A DNA stretch of 64,000 nucleotides, from contig OY969696.1 in NCBI GenBank assembly GCA_963702005.1, forward strand, positions 2,528,001 to 2,592,000, written 5' to 3'. The stretch is from Candidatus Aminicenantes bacterium. Its GTDB lineage: Bacteria; Acidobacteriota; Aminicenantia; Aminicenantales; JAFGBC01. Positions within the stretch are counted from its first letter, which is position 1. Each line of letters begins with the position of its first letter. Shown piece after piece: positions 22,219-33,077 of the stretch. The notes under the pieces were generated by a model. It was given only the letters and a program-made list of their open reading frames with translations. It ran no database searches and was not told the origin of the DNA. The position numbers and the translations under genes are program-made.

Positions 22219-23358
22219 ATGAAAGCAAGGAACGGAGCTCTGATCGCGGGATTGCTCGTAGCCTTGGCGCTCGTATACGTCCTCCACATCCGCAAGGACA
22301 TGTCGGATTTCGGAGTTTACTATGCGGGGGGAACGAGGATTTTGAAAGGGGAGACCCTCTATCGCGCCTCGGACGGCCATCTCCAGTTCAAGTATGCCCC
22401 GGCTTCCGCTTTGTTCTTTGTCGGGCTGGCCGCACTTCCCTATGAAGCGGCCAAGGCCGTTTGGTATCTATTGAGCCTATGTTTCTTTTTTATTGTCGTT
22501 CGGTCGGGGCTCAAGCTCTTGCCGCCGGCCCGAATCCGTAAGGGCCTCCTTTTGACGCTGGGCTTTTTAGTTATAGCCAAGTACCTGGCCCGTGAGCTCG
22601 AGTTGGGCCAGGTCAACCTGCTCATTCTCTTCCTGCTCGGGATAACCGCGACCTCTCTCCGGGACGGCCGGCAGATCCCGGCCGGGATTACGACCGGCCT
22701 GTCCTTGTTCCTGAAGCCCTATGCCGTCATGTTCCTTCCCTATTTTCTCATCAAGAAAAAGTGGAAGGCCTTGCTGGCCGCCTTTGCTACGGCCTGCGTC
22801 GGCTTCGCCCTTCCGATGTTCGTCTATGGACCGGGCGGAAACTTATCCGTTCACAAGGAATGGATTTCATCATTAAAGCTATCGACCCAGGGTCTCCTGG
22901 CCGTTGGAGATAACGCCTCTCTCTTGGCGTTCATCTTGAAAAACATGGGACCGTTTTCGGGACGGACGGCAAGCCTGATTATGGCGGCGGCCGTCCTCAT
23001 ACTGGCCGTGCTTATGCTCGCCCTAATCCGGGCGGGCGGGAAGGTCGGGAAGGATCAGGCTTACGGACTCGAGATTGCGGTTCTCCTGGTCCTTATACCT
23101 CTGCTGTCTCCGCTCGGCTGGATTTACAATTATCTCTACGGCTTAGGGGCGGTCCTGTTCTTGATCGCCGGCATGGAGTATTTCCCCGTCGGCGTACGCT
23201 GTCTGATCGCGGTCGACTTGGCCATGATCGGCTTGACCTTGATCGAGGCCGTCGGCCGGAGAGCCTTCGATTTTTACAATGGGCACGCCTTGGCGGCCGT
23301 CAACTTCATTGTCGTGCTGGGCGGCTTGGCCTGGCTCCGCTTCAAAGGCCGGGCTTGA
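22219..23358 (+). CDS. GT-C glycosyltransferase family 87 (DUF2029)
   Basis: DFGVYY, FKYAP, GQVNLL, LKPY; multiple TM segments. Confidence 0.85.
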   Translation: MKARNGALIAGLLVALALVYVLHIRKDMSDFGVYYAGGTRILKGETLYRASDGHLQFKYAPASALFFVGLAALPYEAAKAVWYLLSLCFFFIVVRSGLKLLPPARIRKGLLLTLGFLVIAKYLARELELGQVNLLILFLLGITATSLRDGRQIPAGITTGLSLFLKPYAVMFLPYFLIKKKWKALLAAFATACVGFALPMFVYGPGGNLSVHKEWISSLKLSTQGLLAVGDNASLLAFILKNMGPFSGRTASLIMAAAVLILAVLMLALIRAGGKVGKDQAYGLEIAVLLVLIPLLSPLGWIYNYLYGLGAVLFLIAGMEYFPVGVRCLIAVDLAMIGLTLIEAVGRRAFDFYNGHALAAVNFIVVLGGLAWLRFKGRA

Positions 23359-23367
23359 GCGCCAATT

Positions 23368-25449
23368 TCATTTCCGGCCCAGGATCTCGTCGACGAGGGG
23401 CTTCGCGTCGTAGACCTTGAGAAGGGCCTCAAGGATGCCCCGGCTGTCGACCATGACCGAACGGGAGATGGTGTCCTCGTAGACGAACCGGGTCGGAAGG
23501 CTCTGGATGTTTCCGTCAAACAGGACGCCGACGAACTCGGCTTTTCTGTTGACGACCGGCGAGCCCGAGTTTCCGCCGATCGAGTCGCAGGTTGCCACGA
23601 AGTTCAGGGGAACGCCCCCATCCAGCGCCGACTTCTTCGCGACGTAGCTGGAAGGAAGCTCGTAGGGCGGCTGATTCCCGTTCTTGGCCGACTTGGCGTA
23701 GAAGCCGGTCAATGTCGTGACATAGGGAATTTTACGGCCGTTCTCGACATAGCCCTTGGCGACGCCGAAGCTCAAGCGCAGCGTGGACGTCGCGTCGGGG
23801 GCGATGGACGTCCCCTTGAGCTTGAACAGGGCCCTAGCGATCTGCGCGCCGTTCTTGATCTCGGCGGCCTCGACCTCCTTTTCGTAGCGGGAGCGTAGTC
23901 CGCGCGAGATGGGGTCCACCAGAAGGGCGAGCTTGATCATGGTGTCCTCGGAACGGCAGATCGATTCCCAGCCGCCCTCCAAATAGGACTTGCGGACCTC
24001 GATGTCCTTGAGCCGCGTTCCGGAAATGAGCTCGCGGGCGACATCCTGAGGCGTCCGACTCCCGAACAGCCATTTGATTTCCTGGACGTTCCCGAGCTCA
24101 TCCCGCAACTGGGCCAGCGAGTCGCCGAGCTTGACGATCTCGAACTCGTCATAGATGGGGAAGGGGGAGAGCAGAGACCTCTGGATCGAGGCCAAGTTGG
24201 CGTCGCGGTACTCCCGGAGGCGCTCGCTGTTGGGCTTCGTCCTCTCTTGGGCCAAGCGGACCAGGGTTCGGGCCGGTCCGAAATAAACGGTGTTAAGGCC
24301 CTGACCCCTTTCCAAGAAGCTGTAGGGTTTGAAGAACGAGGAGTAGGCCTTTTGAGCGGCTGCGATCTCGTCCCAGGCCTTTCCGTATTCGGCCTCGAGA
24401 GCGGCGTCCTTGCGGACGGCTTCCCGGAGCGCCTGTTCCTCGCGGGACTTTTTCTCCATAAGCGTCGTGTCAAGGAGGCCGGACTGATATCCGGTGACGG
24501 CCTTGAGGCTGTTTTCGACCCCGAACAGATTCCGGAGGGCGATTCGGGCTTCCTCGGCTCCTTTCTTGCTGTAATCGTGGAGCAGGGCCCGCCGCCGCTG
24601 AAGGTTGGAAATGGTGAAGGGATAGTTCGTGTCCCTCAGAAACTCGAGCTGGCTCAGGGTCAAGAGGCGTCCGGTCGATCCCGGGTTGCCGGAGCACAAA
24701 ACAAGCTCGCCTTCCTTGACGCCCTTCGGGCTCCACTTGAGATAGTGCGGAGTTTTGAGGGGTTGGCCGTTCTCGTAGACACGGAACAGAGAAACGTCCA
24801 GGTCGTAGCGGGGGTAAGTAAAATTATCGGGGTCGCCGCCGAAGAAGGCGATGCCGTACTCGACCGCGAAAACGAGCCGGACGTCGGAGAGGACTTTGTA
24901 CTTGTAAAGATGGAACAGGCCTCCCGAATAGAGGTTGACCACTGCGCATCTGAGGCCCGTCCGTTCCGACTCATCTTTTTCCATGACGGCGATGGCCTTG
25001 TCGATGGCCTCGGCCGCCTCGACAGTGCTCATGCCCGGCTTGACGGCGCCGGTCACCGGTCCGGTCACGTCGCTGATCTCCTGGAGGACCCAGAGCTCGA
25101 CGCCGGGGCATGGAAGCTCTTCCCGGCGAGTCCGGGCGTAGAACCCGGTCTTCATCAGGTCGCGATCCTTGGTCGACAGGTTTTGGATGGCGCCCTGGCC
25201 GACATGGTGGTTGGTCAGGACCAGACCGTCGGGCGAGACGAATGAGGCGGAAGCTCCGCCGAAGCGGACCGACGACAGCCGGAGATGGGTCAGCCATTCG
25301 TCGCTCGCGGCGAAGCCGTATTTTTTCTGGAGGAGATCCTTGGGGGCCATGTTGAAGAGCCACATCCCCTCGTCCGGGGCCGCGGGGCCGGCAAAGAAGA
25401 ATACGAGCAGGATGCCGCCGATGAAAGCTTTAATGAATGCTTTTTTCAT
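23368..25449 (-). CDS. S46 family dipeptidyl peptidase
   Basis: DEGMW, SASFVSPDGLVLTNHHV, DNFTYPR, DSIGGNSGSPV, FDGN. Confidence 0.95.
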   Translation of the reverse strand: MKKAFIKAFIGGILLVFFFAGPAAPDEGMWLFNMAPKDLLQKKYGFAASDEWLTHLRLSSVRFGGASASFVSPDGLVLTNHHVGQGAIQNLSTKDRDLMKTGFYARTRREELPCPGVELWVLQEISDVTGPVTGAVKPGMSTVEAAEAIDKAIAVMEKDESERTGLRCAVVNLYSGGLFHLYKYKVLSDVRLVFAVEYGIAFFGGDPDNFTYPRYDLDVSLFRVYENGQPLKTPHYLKWSPKGVKEGELVLCSGNPGSTGRLLTLSQLEFLRDTNYPFTISNLQRRRALLHDYSKKGAEEARIALRNLFGVENSLKAVTGYQSGLLDTTLMEKKSREEQALREAVRKDAALEAEYGKAWDEIAAAQKAYSSFFKPYSFLERGQGLNTVYFGPARTLVRLAQERTKPNSERLREYRDANLASIQRSLLSPFPIYDEFEIVKLGDSLAQLRDELGNVQEIKWLFGSRTPQDVARELISGTRLKDIEVRKSYLEGGWESICRSEDTMIKLALLVDPISRGLRSRYEKEVEAAEIKNGAQIARALFKLKGTSIAPDATSTLRLSFGVAKGYVENGRKIPYVTTLTGFYAKSAKNGNQPPYELPSSYVAKKSALDGGVPLNFVATCDSIGGNSGSPVVNRKAEFVGVLFDGNIQSLPTRFVYEDTISRSVMVDSRGILEALLKVYDAKPLVDEILGRK

Positions 25450-25533
25450 TATCGGTTGAACTCCTTTTTCATGAATGAGCCCTTATTATAGCCTAACCAT
25501 GCGAGAGACATGTAATTGTCTTGGCCGAATGTT

Positions 25534-26472
25534 TCAGCGGCGGTCGGGCCCGGCGAAAAAGATCGGGAAGCCGCGCGGCGGAAAAACATCCATGAGAGTG
25601 AAATCGACCCAAAACAGGCCCGAGACGTTCGGGACGGCGCGGAGCAAAGCCTTGCCGATGTCTCCCGGCGGGTCGACGAGCTTCCGCCACCAGGTTTTAT
25701 CCGCTTCATAGCCGAACTGGAACGCGACCGGATTGGAGGGAAAGGACCTTCCCCAGGCTTGGAGCTCCTCGACCATGGCGGCCAGAGACGGGAACTCCTG
25801 GCTGTCGTCGACGAACAGAATCGTCCCGCGGTAGTGGGGCGGCATCCTCTCGACCATCCAATGCTTGAGGAACAGGGAATAGGCGGAATTGTAGGACGCC
25901 ACGCGCGCGCTCCAGGCCAAGGCTTCGCTGTCCGTGACGGCGCGGCCGAACCTGTGGTCCCGCCAGGCGAGCCACTCGACGTCGACGCCGATGCCGCGCA
26001 GACAGGTATGGCTTCCGTATCGTCTAAGCACAAGGTCGATCAGGGTCGAGACGTCGGCATCACCCGGCTCGACCTGGAGCCAGACCGAAACGCCGGCCGC
26101 GTCGAAGAAACGGAGGAATTCCTCGTTCTGATCAACGGCCATGAAATAGACATGGGCAAAGGACCCGCCCGGGGAGGGGAAGTTGAGGCGGCATCCCGAA
26201 TCGTCCTCCACGACGCCGACGAGCCAGACGCCGCCAGGCCTCCCTTCAGGGAAGCGATTGGCCATGCTCTTTCCGACCAAGGCCCAGTAGAGGGGATTGG
26301 GGAACGGCGATATCCCGTAGCGCGACGACCTGAACCCGGCGTAGAGCGGAGGAACCCGGACGGCCCGGGCCGGTGCCGGGACCGGCCTCAATCCCGGACG
26401 GCGAGCATCGGCCTGAAAAGAGGGGACTAAGACAAGAACGGCCAACAGCCAGAAAGAAAAGACTTTTCTCAT
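25534..26472 (-). CDS. Secreted hypothetical protein (possible TIM-barrel/glycoside-hydrolase-like)
   Basis: Signal peptide, VWLQVEPG, GIGVDVEW, FVDDSQ; GC3-rich codon pattern. Confidence 0.65.
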   Translation of the reverse strand: MRKVFSFWLLAVLVLVPSFQADARRPGLRPVPAPARAVRVPPLYAGFRSSRYGISPFPNPLYWALVGKSMANRFPEGRPGGVWLVGVVEDDSGCRLNFPSPGGSFAHVYFMAVDQNEEFLRFFDAAGVSVWLQVEPGDADVSTLIDLVLRRYGSHTCLRGIGVDVEWLAWRDHRFGRAVTDSEALAWSARVASYNSAYSLFLKHWMVERMPPHYRGTILFVDDSQEFPSLAAMVEELQAWGRSFPSNPVAFQFGYEADKTWWRKLVDPPGDIGKALLRAVPNVSGLFWVDFTLMDVFPPRGFPIFFAGPDRR

Positions 26473-26593
26473 CGGGTGCGCCCTCGCAGCGTTATTTCTG
26501 CTCCTCATGATAACGATTTTCAGGCCACCTGTCATTCAGCTTTTATTTTTGGGGGGTCATTCGGCTATGATAGAGGGCCCGAAGGAACCCGTC

Positions 26594-26830
26594 ATGAGGC
26601 TGACCGAAGCGCCGTTCGAAATCCCGCTAACGATCGCCACTATCCAGGGAGGCGAAGCGGGACGGCGCCGCCTCCTGGCCCTGGGCTTTCATCCGGGCGA
26701 CCTGGTTTTAATCGTCTCCCGAGGAATTCTGAACGGTCCGCTCCTCGTCCGAAACCTGGCGGCCGATGTCACTGTGGCGCTCGGCCGGGGCGTCGCCCAA
26801 AAAATCCGGGTCGAGATCGGGGATGATTGA
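26594..26830 (+). CDS. feoA: FeoA family protein
   Basis: RRRLLALGFHPG, GPLLV, VALGRGVAQKIRV. Confidence 0.88.
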   Translation: MRLTEAPFEIPLTIATIQGGEAGRRRLLALGFHPGDLVLIVSRGILNGPLLVRNLAADVTVALGRGVAQKIRVEIGDD

Positions 26831-26928
26831 GGCCGGCGCTAGGCGCTGCTCTCGGTCGGCTTAAGTGTCGGAGTCGCGCTCGTGCTGAGCCATCTCGCCC
26901 GCGTTATCCAAGAGGATTGACCAAGAAG

Positions 26929-28536
26929 CTAACGGCCCAGCATGCGCTTCTCGCGCCGTTTCCGGTGAAAGGTGACGGCGAAGCGGTGGGCCTCGTCCCG
27001 GATTCGCTGGAGGAGCTTGAGGGCGGGGGAGGTCCGGTCGAGCCGAAGGCCGTCCCGGTCGGCCTCGCTGAAAATGATTTCTTCCTTCTTGGCGAGGGAG
27101 GCGACGGGAATCCCGTCCAGGCCGAGGTCGCGAAGAGTCTTAAGGGCCGACCCGCGCTGGGGTTTTCCGCCGTCCACGAAGACGAGGTCGGGGAGGGTCG
27201 TTCCCTCCTCGAGGGAGCGGCGATAGCGGCGGGCGATGACCTCGCGCAGGCCGGCCACGTCGTTGGGCCCGTCCACCGTCTTGACCTTGAACTTTCGGTA
27301 TTCCGATTTTTTGGGCCGCCCGTCCTCGAACACGACCAGGGAGCCGACCGATTCGGTCCCGCCCGTGTTGGAAATATCGAAGCCCTCGATGCGGCGGAGG
27401 GGCCCCTTGAGGCCGAGGACGTTCCCGAGTTCGTCGATTCCCGAGGAAGGGGCCGACCTTTCCGTGAGGAGGAGCCGAGCATTCCGGTCGGCGAAATCGA
27501 TGAGCTGCTTTTTCCGTCCTTTTTTGGGAACGACCAGCGGGAGCCGGCCTTTACCGCCCGGGGACGGTTCGAAGGGGACAAGGATTTCTCCTGCCGTCAG
27601 CGGTACGTTCTTGTAATAATCCAACAGAAACTCGCCGAGGATCCCGGCCGGCTCGCGGTCGGGAGCGGCCGCGATGACGAACGGCTTCGATTCGAGGACT
27701 TTCCCCTTCCGCATGAGGAACACCATGAGGGCCGCCGTCGTGCCCTCCCGGTCGAACCCTACGATGTCCAGGTCGCTTCGGATCGGACTGATGAGCCGGG
27801 GGCCCGTCTTGACGTCTTCAACCGCCCTTAGGGCGTCCCTCCACCAGGCGGCGAGCTCGAACTCTTCCCGGGCCGCCGCCTCTTCCATCTTACGGGTCAG
27901 CGAGGCCTTGAGCTCGTCGGTCCGGCCTTCGAGAAGGAGAAGGGCGTGCCGGACGCTTTCACGGTAGTGCTGGGCGGACAGGGCGGCGACGCAGGGGGCC
28001 GAACACAATCCGATCTCGTGGTCGAGGCAGGGTCTGCGCCGCTTCCCGGGGATTTTTTCTTCGCAGCCCCGGACGCCGAAGTAGGTGTTGATGATCTGGA
28101 TAGTCCGCCGGGCCCGACTGGGCGGGGCGAAAGGGCCGAAGTAGCGGGCGCTGTCGTCGGCGACCTTGCGTGTAAAATAGACGCCGGGAAACTCGTCCTG
28201 GACGGTTAGTTTGAGATAGGGAAAGCTCTTGTCGTCCTTGAGCCGCAGGTTGAACTTGGGCTGGGCGTTCCGGACGTAATTGCTCTCGAGAAAGACGGCG
28301 TCCTTCTCGGTCTCCGTCAGGAGATAGTCGATATCGGCCGTTTCCCGGAGAATGTTGCGGACCTTGGGATCCAAGGTCGGCTGGAAGTAGGAGCGGACCC
28401 GGTCTTGAAGGGAGCGTGCTTTGCCGATGTAAATGACCTTGCCCTTGGCGTCCTTAAAGAAGTATATGCCGGGCGAGCGGGGGAGTTCCTCGACTTTGGC
28501 CGTCAAGCGAGAACGGTTGTCGGTTTGCTTTTTCAA
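26929..28536 (-). CDS. uvrC: Excinuclease ABC subunit C (no C-terminal HhH domain)
   Basis: [43 protein letters not shown]. Confidence 0.95.
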   Translation of the reverse strand: MKKQTDNRSRLTAKVEELPRSPGIYFFKDAKGKVIYIGKARSLQDRVRSYFQPTLDPKVRNILRETADIDYLLTETEKDAVFLESNYVRNAQPKFNLRLKDDKSFPYLKLTVQDEFPGVYFTRKVADDSARYFGPFAPPSRARRTIQIINTYFGVRGCEEKIPGKRRRPCLDHEIGLCSAPCVAALSAQHYRESVRHALLLLEGRTDELKASLTRKMEEAAAREEFELAAWWRDALRAVEDVKTGPRLISPIRSDLDIVGFDREGTTAALMVFLMRKGKVLESKPFVIAAAPDREPAGILGEFLLDYYKNVPLTAGEILVPFEPSPGGKGRLPLVVPKKGRKKQLIDFADRNARLLLTERSAPSSGIDELGNVLGLKGPLRRIEGFDISNTGGTESVGSLVVFEDGRPKKSEYRKFKVKTVDGPNDVAGLREVIARRYRRSLEEGTTLPDLVFVDGGKPQRGSALKTLRDLGLDGIPVASLAKKEEIIFSEADRDGLRLDRTSPALKLLQRIRDEAHRFAVTFHRKRREKRMLGR

Positions 28537-30527
28537 AGCCCCAGCTCCAATTCCCGCTTTTTGAGCGTGTTGAGCTCGTCGCGGAGCTTGGCCGCCTTCT
28601 CGAACTCGAGGTTGCGGGCGGCCTGGCGCATGAGCGTCTCCAACTCCTCGATCCTTTTCTGGCGCTTGGCGGGGGAGAGGAGCTCGTCTTTTTCCTCCGC
28701 GAGACGGGTGTAGTCCAGATAGTCACGTTCGTAGATACTGGTCAGGACTTCGTCGATCCGCTTCCGGATGGACTGGGGCGTGATGCCGTTTCGCCGGTTG
28801 TGCTCCTCCTGGATGGCGCGGCGCCGGTTCGTCTCCTGGATGGCCCGCTTCATGGACTCGGTCATGACGTCGGCGTAGAGGAGGACCTTGCCGGATACAT
28901 TCCGGGCCGCCCGGCCGAAGGTCTGGACCAGGGCGCTGGCCGAGCGGAGGAAGCCTTCCTTGTCGGCGTCGAGGACGGCAACCAGCGAGACCTCGGGCAG
29001 GTCGAGACCCTCGCGGAGGAGGTTGATTCCGACCAGGACGTCGAAAACGCCTTTTCTCAGGTCGCGCAGGATCTTGACCCGATCCAGGGTTTCGATGTCC
29101 GAGTGCAGGTAGCGGACGCGAAGGCCACGCTCATGATAATAGCGGGTCAGATTCTCGGCCATCTTCTTGGTCAAGGTCGTGACCAGGGTCCGTTCGCCGC
29201 GGGCCGCCCGGACCCGAATCTCCTCCATCAGGTCGTCGACTTGGCCGCCGATGGGCCGGACCTCGGTCTCGGGATCGGCCAGGCCGGTTGGCCGGATGAT
29301 TTGCTCGGCGATCCGATCCGCCGCCTTCCTCAATTCGTAGGGCCCCGGCGTCGCCGAAACGGCGATAACCGAGCCGACCCGCCCCTCGAACTCGGCGAAG
29401 TTCAGGGGCCGGTTGTCGAGGGCCGAGGGCAGCCGGAAGCCGTGCTCGATCAGGGTCAGCTTCCGCGATCGGTCGCCCTGGTACATGCCCGCGATCTGGG
29501 GAACGGTCACGTGCGATTCATCGATGATGGTCAGGAAGTCGTCCGGATAATAATCGAGCAGCGTGTAGGGGGGCTCGCCGGGACGGCGGCCGCTCAGGAA
29601 CCGGGAGTAGTTCTCGATGCCGGGGCAATAGCCGAACTCGCGGAGCATCTCGAGGTCGAACAGGGTCCGCTCCTCGATCCGTTCGGCTTCGACGAATTTC
29701 CCCAGCCCCTGAAAATAGGCGACCCGTTCCTTGAGCTCGCGTTCGATTTCGTTCGCGGCGCCCCGCAGGGTCGCGGCCGGCGTCGAGAAGAAGGTTCTGG
29801 GGTGGATGAGGATTTTATCAAGCGCGCCCAGCGTCGTTCCCAGAAGCGGGTCGAGCCTTGACAGGGCCCGGACCCGGTTGTCCTCGAGCTCGATCCGGAA
29901 GGCGACGTCCGCATAGGAGGGAAAGACATCGACGATGTCGCCCCGGACGCGGAAGCCGCCCCGCTTGAAGTCGTCCTCCTGGCGCTCGTATTGGATCTCG
30001 ACGAGATGATCGAGAAGGCTCTTGCGAGTCAGGCTCTGGCCCGTCTCGACGGCGAAAGTCATGGCGTAGTAGGTCTCGGGCGCCCCGATGCCGTAGATGC
30101 AGGAGACCGAGGCGACGATGATGACGTCCCGGCGCTCGAACAGGGCGTTCGTGGCGCAGAGGCGGAGCCGGTCGAGCTCGTCGTTGATGGTCGCTTCCTT
30201 GGCGATATAGGTGTTCGAGGACGGGATATAAGCCTCGGGCTGGTAGTAATCGTAATAGCTGACGAAATACTCGACGGCGCTCTCCGGGAAGAAACGCCTG
30301 AACTCCTGATAGAGTTGGGCGGCCAGCGTCTTGTTATGGGAGATGACCAAGACCGGACGCTGGACCCTGGCGATCAGGTTGGCCATGGTGAAGGTCTTTC
30401 CCGAGCCGGTCACGCCCATAAGGACCTGGTGGAGAGCCCCGGCGGCCAGGCCGGCGGTCAAAGTCTCGATAGCGCTCCCCTGGTCACCCTGGGGGGTGAA
30501 TTCGGAACGTAAGACGAATTTATTCAT
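28533..30527 (-). CDS. uvrB: Excinuclease ABC subunit B
   Basis: [44 protein letters not shown] domain. Confidence 0.98.
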   Translation of the reverse strand: MNKFVLRSEFTPQGDQGSAIETLTAGLAAGALHQVLMGVTGSGKTFTMANLIARVQRPVLVISHNKTLAAQLYQEFRRFFPESAVEYFVSYYDYYQPEAYIPSSNTYIAKEATINDELDRLRLCATNALFERRDVIIVASVSCIYGIGAPETYYAMTFAVETGQSLTRKSLLDHLVEIQYERQEDDFKRGGFRVRGDIVDVFPSYADVAFRIELEDNRVRALSRLDPLLGTTLGALDKILIHPRTFFSTPAATLRGAANEIERELKERVAYFQGLGKFVEAERIEERTLFDLEMLREFGYCPGIENYSRFLSGRRPGEPPYTLLDYYPDDFLTIIDESHVTVPQIAGMYQGDRSRKLTLIEHGFRLPSALDNRPLNFAEFEGRVGSVIAVSATPGPYELRKAADRIAEQIIRPTGLADPETEVRPIGGQVDDLMEEIRVRAARGERTLVTTLTKKMAENLTRYYHERGLRVRYLHSDIETLDRVKILRDLRKGVFDVLVGINLLREGLDLPEVSLVAVLDADKEGFLRSASALVQTFGRAARNVSGKVLLYADVMTESMKRAIQETNRRRAIQEEHNRRNGITPQSIRKRIDEVLTSIYERDYLDYTRLAEEKDELLSPAKRQKRIEELETLMRQAARNLEFEKAAKLRDELNTLKKRELELGL

Positions 30528-30819
30528 CGGTTCCATTATAGTCGAATCCGTAAAACGATCGAGGGGTAAGATGTTGGGGTCCCGTCGCGGCACACCCCCG
30601 CACTCATGGAGCCGTTATCCAGTTTTAGGCCGCCTTAATTGACTCAATTTATCTTGTCAACGGCTCCACGAGTACGGGAGGCCTCGCCGTCCTCACGAGA
30701 CTCGGCTAGATGGGACAAGGTTCGTTGCCGTTTGCTTAGTTGTTTTGACAAACCCGCCGGAGCCATGTATTCTAAAAAGACATAAAGACATGTCGTAAAT
30801 TCGATCGGGAGGAGGAACG

Positions 30820-31545
30820 ATGAAAAAATTCGTATGGATCTTTTTAACCCTCTGCGCCGTCATCTCCTGCCTGGGCGTCGCCGGTTCGGCCCAGGACGAA
30901 AAGCCGCGGCTGGGCGTCCTGCGCTTCACGAACCAGACTTCGGCCGGCTGGTGGAGCCAATCGGTCGGCGAGGAGCTCTCGGACATGCTGGCCTCGGAGC
31001 TGGTCAGCACGGGATCGTTCGCGGTCCTGGAGCGGCGGGAGCTCGACGCCGTCCTGGGCGAACAGGACCTGAGCGCCTCGGGTCGGGTCAGCGCGGCGAC
31101 CAAGGTCAAGATGAAAAAGCTCAAGGGCGCCCAATTCCTGGTAGCGGCCACGGTCTCCTCCTATGAGGAAGGCGTCAAGGGCGCGGGCGGCGGCGTCAGC
31201 TTCAAGGGGATCAGCCTGGGCGGCAATAAAGACAAGGCCTACATCGCCGTCGACCTTAAGGTCATCGATACGGAAACGGGAGAGATCGTGGACACCAGGA
31301 CGATCGAGGCCGAGGCCAAGGGCCAGGGCCTGAGCGCCGGGCTCAATTATAAGGGCTTCTCGGCCCAGGGCGGAGGCTACGAAAAAACGCCGGCCGGGAA
31401 GGCCATTCGGGCTTGCGTCATCTACATATCCGAGTATTTGTCATGCTCGCTCGTCGAGGGCCGGGATGCCTCCTGCATGAAAAAATGGAATGAGATGGAG
31501 CAGAAGCGGAGAGATAGGACCAAGGGCGCGATCGAAATCAAGTAG
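30820..31545 (+). CDS. CsgG/HfaB family protein
   Basis: Signal peptide, LGVLRF, FAVLERRELDAVLGEQDL, VDLKVIDTETGEI; TTGACA-17-TATTCT promoter upstream. Confidence 0.85.
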   Translation: MKKFVWIFLTLCAVISCLGVAGSAQDEKPRLGVLRFTNQTSAGWWSQSVGEELSDMLASELVSTGSFAVLERRELDAVLGEQDLSASGRVSAATKVKMKKLKGAQFLVAATVSSYEEGVKGAGGGVSFKGISLGGNKDKAYIAVDLKVIDTETGEIVDTRTIEAEAKGQGLSAGLNYKGFSAQGGGYEKTPAGKAIRACVIYISEYLSCSLVEGRDASCMKKWNEMEQKRRDRTKGAIEIK

Positions 31546-31918
31546 CCGATCGGCTGATCTTGATGCTTCCCTTGAATTGAGCGCCGTCCTGAATCGCGAC
31601 CCGGGCGGCGGCTAAGTCTCCGTTCATTTTTGCCTGGGCTGCGATCAGAATGCGGCCGGACGCCTCGACATCCCCGCTGAGAGTCCCCGAAACCTCGACG
31701 TCGGCGGCGACGATATCGGCCTCGACCAGGGCGTCGGGGGCAACGGTCAGGTTGGAGTCGGGGAGCGCGATCGTCCCTTCAAAGCGGCCTTCGATGACAA
31801 GGTTGCCGGATCCGGCCAGATCGCCTTTGAAGGACATGCCCGGACCCAAGTGCGAGGCGGGACCTGGCGGCAAAGCGGCCTTGTCCGTCGGCGGTTTGGG
31901 GTTTTCGCTCTTGTTCAT
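31538..31918 (-). CDS. Bactofilin (polymer-forming cytoskeletal protein)
   Basis: FKGDL..L.IEGRFEG.I, VEADI, V.G.L.GDV, IQDGAQFKG. Confidence 0.9.
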   Translation of the reverse strand: MNKSENPKPPTDKAALPPGPASHLGPGMSFKGDLAGSGNLVIEGRFEGTIALPDSNLTVAPDALVEADIVAADVEVSGTLSGDVEASGRILIAAQAKMNGDLAAARVAIQDGAQFKGSIKISRSAT

Positions 31919-32079
31919 ACGGTCCTCGCAGTCGGCCGTCGCGGGCCATCGGCATTATAAAGGCCCCTCGGGAGTGATGTCAAACTCCGGCTCGGGTGTC
32001 CGCCTCCCCTTATATTGACAACCCCCTTTGATCAGTTTAAAGTCATAAACGACGCCCGGCCGCCGAACCGGATGAGAGG

Positions 32080-32152
32080 GCGGGCATAACTCAGCTGGTA
32101 GAGTGCGAGCTTCCCAAGCTCGATGTCGCGGGTTCGAACCCCGTTGCCCGCT
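32080..32152 (+). tRNA. tRNA-Gly(CCC), CCA not encoded
   Basis: GCGGGCA/TGCCCGC acceptor stem, CGAGC-TTCCCAA-GCTCG anticodon arm, GGTTCGAACCC T arm. Confidence 0.96.
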
Positions 32153-32215
32153 CTCTCGCCCGGTCGCCGGGCGTTTGCGTTTGGGGAGGATCGGAGCGAT
32201 CTCGGCTGAAAGGGA

Positions 32216-33040
32216 TTGGCGGTGACGGATTGGTCGTTCATCCTGGAGCCCGTTCCGCTCAAGGGCGCCCTCAACATGGCGGTCGACGAGGTCCTCTTTC
32301 GCTCGTTGGGCGCCGAAAGCCGAACGTGTCTTCGTTTCTATGCCTGGGAGCGTCCGACCGCGTCCCTCGGCTGCGGCCAGCCTGCCGAGGATGTCGTCGA
32401 CGCCGGGGCCTGCCGAGACCTGGGCGTCGACATCGTCCGAAGGATCACGGGCGGCAAACTCGTTCTCCATCACCAAGAGTTAACCTATTCCATCTGCTCT
32501 TCGGACGCGGGATTGTTTTCGGCGACGCTCCGGGCGTCCTACCGGTTGATCTCTCTGGGGCTCATCCGCGGCCTGGAGAAATTGGGTCTGCAAGCCGCCC
32601 TGGCGGGGGCAACGCCGCAATTCTACAAGCGCGGCCTTTATCCCTGTTTCACGTCCCCGGCCGCCGATGAAGTCGAATGCCGGGGCCGAAAGATCGTGGG
32701 GAGCGCCCAAAAGAGGGTCGGGACGAAGTTTCTCCAACACGGATCCATCCCCCTCCGGGACACGACGGCGCTCCTCAAAGCCATTTCCCGGCCGGCCGCC
32801 GGCGGTCCCGAGCCGGGTCCATCCGGTCTCGATGGAGTTCTGGGACGCGCCGTCGCTTTCGAGGAACTGGCCGGCCGTTTGGCGGAGGGGCTGGCCGAGT
32901 GCTTCGAAGTCCGGCTCATACCCGCCGTCCTGTCTGGGGCCGAAAAGGACGAAGTCGAAAGGATCCGCCGCGAACGGTACGACAACGACGAGTGGACGTT
33001 CCGGAAGGCCGAGCCGCCTCGGTTGATTTTTTCGGGATGA
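32216..33040 (+). CDS. Lipoate-protein ligase A family (LipM-like)
   Basis: NMAVDE, LRFYAW..PTASLG, VRRITGG, KIVGSAQ, LQHGSI. Confidence 0.9.
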   Translation: MAVTDWSFILEPVPLKGALNMAVDEVLFRSLGAESRTCLRFYAWERPTASLGCGQPAEDVVDAGACRDLGVDIVRRITGGKLVLHHQELTYSICSSDAGLFSATLRASYRLISLGLIRGLEKLGLQAALAGATPQFYKRGLYPCFTSPAADEVECRGRKIVGSAQKRVGTKFLQHGSIPLRDTTALLKAISRPAAGGPEPGPSGLDGVLGRAVAFEELAGRLAEGLAECFEVRLIPAVLSGAEKDEVERIRRERYDNDEWTFRKAEPPRLIFSG

Positions 33041-33077
33041 AGTGTTAGGATTGTCGCGGGTTCGGAGATCGGCCGCC

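Noticed and set aside
30820-31545. CsgG protein as export channel for the collar proteins
   Set aside because: 21 kb away, no other csg genes; stand-alone CsgG-like genes are common
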